From assembly GCA_016861245.1 (NCBI GenBank), contig BOKZ01000001.1, forward strand, positions 487,006 to 551,005: a stretch of DNA of 64,000 nt, in the 5' to 3' direction. The notes beneath the pieces are model-generated. The model had not been told where the DNA came from and did not search any database. It saw nothing but the letters and a program-made list of their open reading frames with translations. Both the position numbers and the translations under genes were made by a program. Source of the DNA: Patescibacteria group bacterium (GTDB lineage Bacteria; Patescibacteriota; UBA1384; 2-12-FULL-50-11). Every line of letters starts with the position of its first letter. The first letter of the stretch is position 1. This document shows, one piece after another, positions 1 through 8,369 of this stretch.

Positions 1-202
1 CGAATTTCTGTGTCTCAATTTCGTAGCTGGCATCAAGTAGCTCTAACGCATTCTTACCGTCGACACCTTTATAGCTAATTTCTGTGGTCTGTTCCTGACC
101 AACCGGAGTTGCGGTACTGTTTGATCTTGGAATCACCAAGTACAAACCAAATGCTAATATAATCGCCATGGCGGCATAGAGTAGTGTTCGCTGTTGTTTC
201 AT
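1..202 (-). CDS. Secreted/membrane-anchored DUF4430-like (transcobalamin beta-domain-like) protein; 5' part only, runs off the window edge
   Basis: Manual translation MKQQRTLLYAAMAIILAFGLYLVIPRSNSTATPVGQEQTTEISYKGVDGKNALELLDASYEIETQKF; N-terminal hydrophobic helix; 'YKGVDGKNALELL' resembles DUF4430; SD AAAGGAG upstream. Confidence 0.7.
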   Translation of the reverse strand, partial: MKQQRTLLYAAMAIILAFGLYLVIPRSNSTATPVGQEQTTEISYKGVDGKNALELLDASYEIETQKF

Positions 203-223
203 CGAACTCCTTTCAAATAAAAT

Positions 224-245
224 CCCTCGCGAGCAGTAACGAGGG
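224..245 (-). terminator. Hairpin (CCCTCG...CGAGGG followed by AT-rich tract) in the riboswitch expression platform
   Basis: Minus strand ccctcg-ttactgctcg-cgaggg-attttattt lies between the aptamer and the SD. Confidence 0.5.
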
Positions 246-252
246 TTACTAT

Positions 253-346
253 GTTCTGCTCGGAACTTTGAGTGAAGTTTTGCTAGGATCGGGCTTTAAC
301 CGTTGCGGCACAGCAGCCAAATTTCATGGCTTTCACTAACAAACCT
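253..346 (-). promoter_or_regulatory. Cobalamin riboswitch (compact, class II-like)
   Basis: Minus strand GTTTGTTAG-TGAAA-GCCA-TGAAATT-TGGC-TGCTGTGCCGCAACGGT-TAAAGCCCGATC-CTAGCAAA: T-loop hairpin, CCGCAACGGT and AAGCCCGA B12-box-like motifs, closing stem TTTGTTAG/CTAGCAAA; downstream GTTC-CGAGCA-GAAC hairpin can kiss the TGCCG loop. Confidence 0.8.
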
Positions 347-466
347 TATTAGTCAAAGAACTTCTCTAGGTATACTGATCTACTTCTTCTCTGTCAAGCA
401 ACTGATTTTCTAGGTAAAATACTCGTATGAGTTCAAAGTATTTTATGACGCACCGAACCGCTGTAA

Positions 467-1540
467 ATGTCGCTTGAAATCGGGATCGTCGGATTGCCAA
501 ACGTCGGGAAGTCCTCGCTTTTTAACGCGCTAACCAAAGCTGGCGCCCAAGCGTCGAACTTTCCGTTTACCACTATCGAACCGAATGTCGGGATTGTTGA
601 AGTTCCTGACGAGCGATTAGACTTTTTAGTCGAAACGTTTTTATCGGCAAAGCGCGTTCCGGCAACGATAAAATTTGTTGATATCGCCGGACTGGTGAAA
701 GGCGCCTCAAAGGGCGAGGGCCTAGGCAACCAATTTCTAAGTAATATCCGAACCTGCGACGCTATTGCTGAAGTCGTACGGTGCTTCGAAGACCCGCAAA
801 TTATTCACGTCGCTGGCAGGGTGGATCCGGATGATGATATTACAACTATTAACACCGAATTACTGCTTTCCGATATTGAGCAAGCCGAAAAGGCTAAAAG
901 ATCTCTTGAGGAACGAGCGAAAAGACAAGATAAGGAGGCGCAGAAACTATTGCACCAAATAGAAAAAGCAATAGCGCTCCTAACAGCCGAACGCCCGTTG
1001 CGAGTAGAGCCGGAACTTTGCCAAGAGTTAGTCTCGTATAACTTCCTAACAGCTAAACCGCTACTCTATATCGCAAACGTCGGTGAGAACGCGGAGCAAG
1101 ATCGGGTGGAAAAAGTTCGTCAACACGCCGACAAAGAAAGCGCAAAACTAGTTGTGATCTCAGTTAAAAGCGAATTAGAAATTATTGAAATGTCGCCTGA
1201 AGAGCAAGAAGAGTTTAGGCGAGAACTGGGCTTAACTTCAGGATTAAACGAAGTAATTAAAGCCGGATACGCATTGCTAAATCTTGAGACCTTCTTTACC
1301 GCCGGCCCGAAAGAGGCGCACGCATGGACTATTACCAAAGGTACTAAAGCGCCGCAGGCAGCGGGTAAAATTCATACCGATTTTGAGAAGGGCTTTATCC
1401 GAGCTCAAGTATATAACGTGACGGATTTACAAGAATTAAAATCAGAAGCCGCTATCAAACAAGCCGGCAAACTCCGAAGCGAAGGCAAGGAATACACCGT
1501 CAAGGACGGTGATGTAATAGAATTTCTCTTCAACGTTTAA
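467..1540 (+). CDS. ychF: Redox-regulated ATPase YchF
   Basis: GIVGLPNVGKS, NFPFTTIEPN, DIAGLVKGASKGEGLGNQFL, C-terminal TGS domain. Confidence 0.97.
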   Translation: MSLEIGIVGLPNVGKSSLFNALTKAGAQASNFPFTTIEPNVGIVEVPDERLDFLVETFLSAKRVPATIKFVDIAGLVKGASKGEGLGNQFLSNIRTCDAIAEVVRCFEDPQIIHVAGRVDPDDDITTINTELLLSDIEQAEKAKRSLEERAKRQDKEAQKLLHQIEKAIALLTAERPLRVEPELCQELVSYNFLTAKPLLYIANVGENAEQDRVEKVRQHADKESAKLVVISVKSELEIIEMSPEEQEEFRRELGLTSGLNEVIKAGYALLNLETFFTAGPKEAHAWTITKGTKAPQAAGKIHTDFEKGFIRAQVYNVTDLQELKSEAAIKQAGKLRSEGKEYTVKDGDVIEFLFNV

Positions 1541-2205
1541 AACTGCAGTAAGTCGTGATGCTCGGTCAACCAATGTTCCGCTTTCTTGTATTGCGGATAA
1601 TAAGACTCAACTAGGTCCCAAAACTTCTTAGAGTGATTCATTTGCGATAAATGCGCCAGCTCGTGGTAAATGACGTAATCCGAAACCCAGTCTGGCGTGA
1701 GGATAAGTCGCCAGTTAAGCGAGATTGTTTTGCGGCTTGAGCACGAACCCCAACGAGTACGCTGTGAACGAATTGTTACGTTTAACACGTCGTGGTTAAT
1801 TACGTCGCAAAGTAAGAGTACTCGCTCGGAAAAGTATTTCTTTGCTGTTTTTACGTACCACTTTTCAAGGATCTTACGGACCGTTTCGTGTTCCTCGCTC
1901 CCAGCCGTTACCACAATCTCGTTGCCGACAATCTTAACAGTTGGTGAGACGTTGTTGGTTACTTGCAATTTAAATTGATACTCGCGACCGCGGACTAACA
2001 GGGTTTTTGGCTGGGTAATTAGCGCTTCACGGCGGCTTTGAATTAACGAGAGCTTCTCTGTAATCCAAGATTCGTGCTCGGCAAGAAAACTATCGATCGT
2101 CCGCTGCGGAGTGAACGGGTGACAGGTTAGGATCACTTCGCCTTTTGGCAAAACTCGCAGTCGCAGATGACGAGCGGTCCGGATTCGTTTGATCTTAACT
2201 TCCAT
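1537..2205 (-). CDS. YgjP/DUF45 (M48-like) metal-dependent hydrolase
   Basis: RWGSCS, LNWRL, YVIYHELAH, NHSKKFW motifs. Confidence 0.9.
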   Translation of the reverse strand: MEVKIKRIRTARHLRLRVLPKGEVILTCHPFTPQRTIDSFLAEHESWITEKLSLIQSRREALITQPKTLLVRGREYQFKLQVTNNVSPTVKIVGNEIVVTAGSEEHETVRKILEKWYVKTAKKYFSERVLLLCDVINHDVLNVTIRSQRTRWGSCSSRKTISLNWRLILTPDWVSDYVIYHELAHLSQMNHSKKFWDLVESYYPQYKKAEHWLTEHHDLLQF

Positions 2206-2250
2206 TGGCCAACAATAACAAAAACGCCGGCATCTGCCGACGTTCCTTTG

Positions 2251-2324
2251 CGCAGTGGACGGGACTTGAACCCGCGACCCCCGCCGTGACAGGGCGGTGC
2301 TCTAACCAACTGAGCTACCACTGC
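2251..2324 (-). tRNA. tRNA-Asp(GTC)
   Basis: GCAGTGGTAGCTCAGTTGGTTAGAGCACCGCCCT-GTC-ACGGCGG...GGTTCAAGTCC...CCACTGCG cloverleaf; CCA not encoded. Confidence 0.96.
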
Positions 2325-2378
2325 AAAGTCGCAATGCTCATTATACTCGAGCCGGTATCAATTCTTCAAGAAGCCAGA

Positions 2379-3425
2379 CTAAATCGGGACGTAGATCTTA
2401 ATTTTATAGTTTGGCTTAACGCTCGCATACCACTCCTCATAAGTTTGGTAGTTATTACCGGTTTTCTCCGTAACTTGGATAATGTGATAACCAAATTTAC
2501 TCTGAACAGGACCCAATATTTTATTCACCTCGCCGTTAAACGCAGCTTCCTCGAAGCCAGGCGCGATCTGGGCGCTGAGCTCGCCCTTTGTCCAGTAGCC
2601 TAAATCGCCGCCGGCTTCTTTTGTTTGTGCGTCTTGGCTAAATTCGCGAGCAGCAGTTTCGAAGACTTTTCCGCCTTCAATTTGTTTCTTGGCCTCGTTT
2701 GCTGCACTTTCTGTGGCTGTCAGAATATGTCTCACTTTAACACGGGTTAAAACGCTAGCTTTAACTTTTTCTTTCAAGATTCGTTCGGCGAGCACTTGCT
2801 TAAATTCGCCCGGCTTCATGCCGTAGAGTTCGTGTATTCGTTTCTCGAAATTTTCCGTTGTTTTTTTCTGCTGCTCGTACGATTTGTCGAGCTCTTCTTG
2901 TGAGACGCTAACGCCTCGGTTTTGAGCCTCGAGAAAAACAATCTTATCTTCGACTAGCCCGGCGATGATTTTTTCCCTAAGCTGTGCGTCAGTTGGGATA
3001 GCGCTAGCGACGTCTTTCGAGGCCTGAGATTGGAAGGTGATTAGGAAGCGAAGTCGTTGTAAAAAGTGGTGGCTCCAGATATACGATTGGTTCACTCGAA
3101 CAGCCGGCATAGGATAAAGCAAGCTAATCGTCTCGCTAAAGGCGCTCTCAGATTTCTTTTGGTAGATATTGTAGTAACCTGCGGCGCCGAAGAGTAGATA
3201 AATCGACAAGATAAAAATCGCGATATCAATAAAGATAGTTGATGGGTTATGAATGTGGCGCTGAACTAGCGCCTCAAGAAACGGCAGGCGCAATCTCAGC
3301 CATACGAATACTTTTTCGTATAGGACGTAAATGGCACGACCGACTCTTTTTAGAATCAGTAAAGCGCTCTGAAGAAACTCAGATATTTTCTTTAGAATGG
3401 GGTTAATTGCGGAAAGTTTGCCCAT
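2379..3425 (-). CDS. PrsA/SurA-type parvulin peptidyl-prolyl isomerase with N-terminal TM anchor
   Basis: VRHIL, FSQD...GGDLG, FEEAAF, PVQSKFGYHII. Confidence 0.9.
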   Translation of the reverse strand: MGKLSAINPILKKISEFLQSALLILKRVGRAIYVLYEKVFVWLRLRLPFLEALVQRHIHNPSTIFIDIAIFILSIYLLFGAAGYYNIYQKKSESAFSETISLLYPMPAVRVNQSYIWSHHFLQRLRFLITFQSQASKDVASAIPTDAQLREKIIAGLVEDKIVFLEAQNRGVSVSQEELDKSYEQQKKTTENFEKRIHELYGMKPGEFKQVLAERILKEKVKASVLTRVKVRHILTATESAANEAKKQIEGGKVFETAAREFSQDAQTKEAGGDLGYWTKGELSAQIAPGFEEAAFNGEVNKILGPVQSKFGYHIIQVTEKTGNNYQTYEEWYASVKPNYKIKIYVPI

Positions 3426-3967
3426 ATAATACTACCTACTACCACCATAACAGTTACCGCCACAAACAAAAAATGCCGGACAAGCTGGAACGAGCCCGAG
3501 CTGTCGCGTAGCTCGATTAGCCGCCAGAATAAGTAGAAGCAGATACCACTTAAGAGTGCTCGATTAAAGAAGGAGATAGGCCAGTGGCTAAATATGGTGT
3601 TAACTTGAGAAAGTCCTAGGCCAAGTAGTAACCAAAAAGTAATCGGCGTCCTGACGTGATCGTCGGTCTCCTCGATAACTCTACCGATAAGCACCGCAGC
3701 CAAGATTAAAACAGCGTTACCGATAACTCCGTTAATAGATTCGTCGAGCAGCCAGTAGTTGACGCTCACAAGTACCAAAAACATCGTTGAGAGTCCGGCG
3801 ATGCGCCCCTGCTTTAGTAGGATGTTGATGGTCGAAAAAACAAACAATAATACATAAGCGATTTGAGAGGTTGTGGTTGGTAGAAATCGCCAGGTAATAA
3901 CAGTGCCGAGTACCAATATCGCCCAAAATACCGCTAAATGCGGACGCAAGAATCTCAGGGAGTTCAT
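3392..3967 (-). CDS. Hypothetical multi-pass membrane protein
   Basis: About 7 hydrophobic segments; operonic between the LCP and PPIase genes. Confidence 0.75.
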   Translation of the reverse strand: MNSLRFLRPHLAVFWAILVLGTVITWRFLPTTTSQIAYVLLFVFSTINILLKQGRIAGLSTMFLVLVSVNYWLLDESINGVIGNAVLILAAVLIGRVIEETDDHVRTPITFWLLLGLGLSQVNTIFSHWPISFFNRALLSGICFYLFWRLIELRDSSGSFQLVRHFLFVAVTVMVVVGSIIWANFPQLTPF

Positions 3968-3968
3968 C

Positions 3969-5336
3969 TTACTTTACTTGGTAGCTGCTACCGACGTTTA
4001 TTACAATATCTGCTTGTATCTCGGTAGCTGGTGCTTTCGAGGTGCTAGTGATTGCAAAACGTTTTTTGAGCAGGCTCATCGTGTACGGGTCGTTTTTACT
4101 CTCGCTTAACGCCGATTTTACTTGGGTATTTGGTGAAGTGGTGCTGCCTACGACGGTATAACCGAGTCTTGTTAGGCTATCGACGATTTTTTTCGTGTTA
4201 GTTTCCTTGCCGGTTGCATTAATTACGTAGACTTTCGCCGCTTCCTTGATAATGTACGGCTCTGGGAATACGGTCTGAACGAATTCCTTAACTTCACTGA
4301 AGTCGTCCACTCCCTTTTTAGGAATAATAATGTAAGCGCCGCCGCCGTTGGTACTAGACTTGAGTGGGCTATCAACGCTGGCGTCTAGCACTTTAGTTGT
4401 AATTTTTTTGCTATCAACCGTTTTTATTAACGAATAGAGCTTGGTGATTTCCTCGACTGTCATGTCGGTTCGTAAGTTTGAGCCAACGATACTGATCATC
4501 GTCGTTAGTTTTTTCGGATTAGAAATAATATCGATAACACCCAGCTTATCTTTGATTGCTAACATTACTTGCTGTTGTCGGCGGGATCGGTCGAAGTCGC
4601 TTGTGGTTTGTCGACTACGAGCGTACTTCAGGGCAGTATCGCCGTTCATTCGTTGCATCCCAGCCGGGATGTAGAGCGGTTCGTATCCAGTGTTGGTTTT
4701 ATTGGGGAACTTCGGATCGCTCAGCGGTTTGTCGACGTATACTTGTATACCGCCAACAGCGTCTACTAGTTTTTTAAGACCCTCAAAATTGATTCGCGCG
4801 AAATAGTGGACATCGATACCAAGTGTGGTTTCAAGCACGTCTTTTAACGCTTCTGCTCCGTAGTCGATCTCCGGATCACACGTACTGGTTTTCTTTGTAC
4901 ATTTCTTTTGAGACTGGTTGTATACTCCGTTAATTTTAGTTTTACCGAGTTTCGGCGCTGTCACGTATAAATCGCGCGGGACGGAGAGCATCGAAAGAGA
5001 CGAATTAATCGGGTCTATTGAGATAATTTGGATCGTGTCACTCAAACCCGCGGCGTTGTCGACGCCAAGCGCTAGAATATTAATTCGGCCGTCACCCTCG
5101 TTGACTAGCTGGTCTGGAGTAGTGTTGCCACCGAATTTAAAAAACGACGGCTTATCGTCGGTGTTTTTTGCTGAGATATTGTTGAGTGCAATAATACCTG
5201 TCGCTCCGATCCAACCGACAACTCCGAGCACCAAAATAAACAGCGTCCACAAAAATACTCGCAATTTTTTGTTGCGCGGTTTGACGATTCGATTAATAGT
5301 TTCTGGTCCTGATGAAAATTTTCGTCGAAATAGCAT
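3969..5336 (-). CDS. LCP (LytR-CpsA-Psr) family glycopolymer transferase with LytR C-terminal domain
   Basis: TM, INILALGVD, SDTI, SVPRD, ALKYARSR, SDFDRSRRQQ, VYVINATG. Confidence 0.93.
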   Translation of the reverse strand: MLFRRKFSSGPETINRIVKPRNKKLRVFLWTLFILVLGVVGWIGATGIIALNNISAKNTDDKPSFFKFGGNTTPDQLVNEGDGRINILALGVDNAAGLSDTIQIISIDPINSSLSMLSVPRDLYVTAPKLGKTKINGVYNQSQKKCTKKTSTCDPEIDYGAEALKDVLETTLGIDVHYFARINFEGLKKLVDAVGGIQVYVDKPLSDPKFPNKTNTGYEPLYIPAGMQRMNGDTALKYARSRQTTSDFDRSRRQQQVMLAIKDKLGVIDIISNPKKLTTMISIVGSNLRTDMTVEEITKLYSLIKTVDSKKITTKVLDASVDSPLKSSTNGGGAYIIIPKKGVDDFSEVKEFVQTVFPEPYIIKEAAKVYVINATGKETNTKKIVDSLTRLGYTVVGSTTSPNTQVKSALSESKNDPYTMSLLKKRFAITSTSKAPATEIQADIVINVGSSYQVK

Positions 5337-5380
5337 TAGACTTAGGTTAATTTACCACACTTTACGACTAGATATAAGGT

Positions 5381-5761
5381 TCAATTTGCGTGCAGTGTTT
5401 TAGTAATCTCAAATTTTTTCCCGTTTTTTATTTCCTGTGAAAGTGAAGATAGTTCGCCAGACACGGTAAATAACGGCACGTTAATTACCCAAGCTAGAGT
5501 ATTTGCAACGGCGATACCGATGCGCTGACCAGTTAGCGAGCCGTCGCGACCGACCACGCCAATAGCGCTTACCGAGCTGAGGTTGCTCGATGCCTCTTTG
5601 AAAATTTCTTCAAGTAATACTAATAATTCTTGAGCTCGTTTTTGCTCAGTCTTACAAATCACCGTGTTCGCTGTAACCAGCGCGGCGCTCGTTGAGTGAG
5701 GGTCGTTAGTGTCGAGTAGTAGAATTCGTGGGAAATCGGAGATGTCGTACTTGTTGGTCAT
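5381..5761 (-). CDS. tsaB: Short TsaB-like t6A biosynthesis protein
   Basis: LLLDT, GSLTGQRIGIAVANTLAW (GSFTGLRIG-like); adjacent to tsaE; start uncertain. Confidence 0.75.
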   Translation of the reverse strand: MTNKYDISDFPRILLLDTNDPHSTSAALVTANTVICKTEQKRAQELLVLLEEIFKEASSNLSSVSAIGVVGRDGSLTGQRIGIAVANTLAWVINVPLFTVSGELSSLSQEIKNGKKFEITKTLHAN

Positions 5762-6152
5762 GTATGTCGATTGTAGCTTCTTTGGTATCTTTCGGCAGTA
5801 ACTCTTCAACCCGGTCCGGCCACTCGATAATCACTAGCTTATCTTTCTGGTCAAGATACTCCGACCAGTCGAATTTTTTAGCTTCAGTGGTATTGAGTCG
5901 ATATAAGTCTAGGTGGATGACCTCGGTGATTTTCTTGTAATCGACACGGTAGCGTCGTTCCAGAACGAATGTCGGGCTACTGACACGCCCGGTGTAACCC
6001 ATCTTTTCTAGAATGGCCCGAGTTAGCGTTGTTTTTCCGGCTGCGAGTTGCCCTTTAAGCGCTAAGATGTCACCGGCTTTCAGTTCTTTTAACAGCTTTG
6101 CGGCGACGGAAGAAATTTTACTTTCTGTAAATTCGATATCCAGCATAGACAT
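5706..6152 (-). CDS. tsaE: t6A biosynthesis ATPase TsaE
   Basis: LKGQLAAGKTT, VSSPTF, HLDLYRL, IIEWP. Confidence 0.93.
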   Translation of the reverse strand: MSMLDIEFTESKISSVAAKLLKELKAGDILALKGQLAAGKTTLTRAILEKMGYTGRVSSPTFVLERRYRVDYKKITEVIHLDLYRLNTTEAKKFDWSEYLDQKDKLVIIEWPDRVEELLPKDTKEATIDIHDQQVRHLRFPTNSTTRH

Positions 6153-6193
6153 ATATTTTACTTTGGAATCACTCACAAAAAAATACCCCGTGG

Positions 6194-6793
6194 TTAGACG
6201 GGGACATTGAGGGCGTCGCAAAACTGCTGGTATTGAAACTCCTTCGAACCTGCTTCAATGAAATTAACTGGCCAGCCGCCGCGTTGGAGTGCTAGAGCTT
6301 CGTCGTTCCAGTTACTACTGGTCTCGACGCGTCGTTGGGCGACCTCCGGCGAATCGCCGCGATCGATCATCCGATTGTACAGCTCGTAATCGTCGGGCGA
6401 GAGTAAGAAGAAATAGTGCTGACGATCTTGCGGCAAAACTCTCCAAGCGATCGGAACAGTGTCGGGTGTGACGACGATCAGACTATACTCGTACTGAAGT
6501 AGTGCTGTACGAAATTGGGAGAAAACGTTTCCGTAGTGATAACCGTGTGCCTCGACGCACCACGTGATCTCACCTGTTTCGCGCAATTCTGAGAGTTGCT
6601 CTTCGGTCAGATATTCGTACTCTCTCGGATCGTCGTCGACACGTGGCGCTCTCGTGGTAAAACTCCGGATCATTCCGGCGTACGGTTGATGCTCCTGGAT
6701 AAAGCGACGAACTAAAGTAGTCTTGCCGCTGCCAGGCCTGCCAATAATGCCAAACACATTGTGAGCGAAAGGAACGTCCCAAAACTGAGTCAT
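6194..6793 (-). CDS. gmk: Guanylate kinase-like P-loop kinase (divergent)
   Basis: GRPGSGKTT, SFTTRAPR, HGYHYG, RMIDRGD; start placed at MTQF after an AGGTG SD. Confidence 0.7.
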   Translation of the reverse strand: MTQFWDVPFAHNVFGIIGRPGSGKTTLVRRFIQEHQPYAGMIRSFTTRAPRVDDDPREYEYLTEEQLSELRETGEITWCVEAHGYHYGNVFSQFRTALLQYEYSLIVVTPDTVPIAWRVLPQDRQHYFFLLSPDDYELYNRMIDRGDSPEVAQRRVETSSNWNDEALALQRGGWPVNFIEAGSKEFQYQQFCDALNVPV

Positions 6794-6816
6794 CTTTTCA
6801 CCTATCCATGTACAAA

Positions 6817-6895
6817 TCGCTCCCGGGCTTGGAATATCCCATTTAGGCAATCCAAACCCGATCGCGCGACCGTTGGTCTCGCTCCCGGGCTTGGA
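6817..6895. repeat. 17-bp direct repeat of the tRNA-Gln 3' end (6817-6833 = 6879-6895)
   Basis: tcgctcccgggcttgga occurs twice, 62 bp apart. Confidence 0.85.
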
Positions 6896-6952
6896 TTCGA
6901 ACCAAGATACCTGCCTCCAAAGGGCAGTGTCCTACCGTTAGACGACCCGGGA
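6882..6952 (-). tRNA. tRNA-Gln(TTG)
   Basis: TCCCGGGTCGTCTAACGGTAGGACACTGCCCT-TTG-GAGGCAG...GGTTCGAATCC...CCCGGGAG. Confidence 0.95.
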
Positions 6953-7008
6953 ATACTCGCTAATTATATCTGCAAATTGGCAAAATGTCAGGTAAAAAAT
7001 AGCGGCCT

Positions 7009-7326
7009 TTAGGCCGCTGGGTCTTCGTCTATCCATTCGATTTCTACCGGAATTGGTAAAAATTGATCAGTGGCGGTAATGACGAAAGCGATCTCGATTT
7101 GGCCGATAGTATGTTTGTAGCGCTTATTGCCCTTTGACGCTGTTCGCAATTCTGTCATCTCAACGACGCCGCAAACAAATCGTGAAGCGCTATCGTGCAC
7201 GATAACTTCAACCTTCCCCTCACCTTTATCGCGAATCATCTTGTGCCGTTGGGGGTGTAGGATCGACGCCGCTTCCTTCAAAAGCCATTCGTTTGGTGAT
7301 GTCCATCTCCGCTTTAATGTGCGCAT
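7009..7326 (-). CDS. Hypothetical orphan protein
   Basis: ORF MRTLKRRW... with AGGAGG SD; the longer track ORF overlaps rnpB. Confidence 0.6.
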   Translation of the reverse strand: MRTLKRRWTSPNEWLLKEAASILHPQRHKMIRDKGEGKVEVIVHDSASRFVCGVVEMTELRTASKGNKRYKHTIGQIEIAFVITATDQFLPIPVEIEWIDEDPAA

Positions 7327-7355
7327 CGCAGCCTCCTGCTTTTTGTAAAAATACA

Positions 7356-7383
7356 CAAAAGCGCTTCCTTGCGGAAGCGCTTC
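7356..7383 (-). terminator. Intrinsic terminator of rnpB
   Basis: AAGCGCTTCC-GCAA-GGAAGCGCTT followed by TTGTGTATTTTT on the minus strand. Confidence 0.75.
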
Positions 7384-7384
7384 G

Positions 7385-7733
7385 TGGAAGTCGGTAAGCC
7401 GGGTTCTGTTTATACGATCATCTCTCTGATGCGTTGAGACCATTCGTAACTGCGAGACCGCAGCGGAGCTCGGTGTTTCTCTCGAAACGTTGAACTTAAT
7501 TTACGAAGGGCCCACTCAACTTGCACCACGCTGGGTTTGGCTTCCAATCCGTATTACTACGGAAGTTGTGAGCTCTTACCTCACTCTTTTCATCCTTACC
7601 CACCAATTGGCGGGCGGTTTGGTTTCTGTGCCACTTTCCCGTGCCTTGCGACAGCCAGCCGTTAGCTGGAGCGCGTCTCTACGGTGCCCGGACTTTCCTC
7701 ATGTTAAACAACACGCGATCGTTTCGACTTCGA
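7385..7733 (-). ncRNA. rnpB: RNase P RNA
   Basis: Minus strand GAGGAAAGTCCGGGC near the 5' end, ACAGAACCCGGCTTA near the 3' end, P1 GAAGTCG/CGACTTC. Confidence 0.95.
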
Positions 7734-7754
7734 CAAAAGACTAACAGAATTAAG

Positions 7755-8369
7755 TTATGTTTTCAACCAGTTAAGATACGTTTTTCGGTGTAACGGTGAC
7801 GGTCCGATCTCATCTATTTTTCGTTTGTGATTGGCTGTGCCGTATCCGACGTTAGTTTGCCAATAGTATTGTGGAAAGAAACGACCGTAGCTTTTCATAA
7901 GCTGATCCCGATAAGTTTTGGCGATGATCGAAGCGGCAGCGACGGGGTAGAAAAGTGAATCGCCCCGCACTGCCCGAATAGTTTTGTATTTTTTAGGCAA
8001 TCGAACAAAGTCGGTTAGAAAAAGGTCGGCATTAATATTCTCTAGGGCTCTAGCATATGCTAATTCTTGCGCTTGCGTAATCCCAATACTGTCGATCTCG
8101 TCGTTGCTGGCTTGTCCGAGAGACACCTGTGTTGCGTTGGCAATCAGCAGGGGAGTGAGTTCTGTTCTGGAAACAACAGATAACCTTTTCGAATCACAGA
8201 CGTTCGGCAGTACAACGTTAATCTCGATCGCCGCGACGACGATCGGTCCAGCTAACGCACCGCGCCCAACTTCGTCTAAACCAACAATTCTTCCAAATTG
8301 ATATATGCTTTTTAACTCGTTGATAAGCGACGGATCAGGTCTAAGCAGCGACTTTTTGCTCGCGCTCAT
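7755..8369 (-). CDS. rnhB: Ribonuclease HII
   Basis: GLDEVGRGALAGP, DSKRL, VAAASIIAK, HRKTY. Confidence 0.95.
   Translation of the reverse strand: MSASKKSLLRPDPSLINELKSIYQFGRIVGLDEVGRGALAGPIVVAAIEINVVLPNVCDSKRLSVVSRTELTPLLIANATQVSLGQASNDEIDSIGITQAQELAYARALENINADLFLTDFVRLPKKYKTIRAVRGDSLFYPVAAASIIAKTYRDQLMKSYGRFFPQYYWQTNVGYGTANHKRKIDEIGPSPLHRKTYLNWLKT

Noticed and set aside
7490-7744. 84-aa + strand ORF, and the 5' extension of ORF 7009-7443
   Set aside because: Both overlap the RNase P RNA gene.
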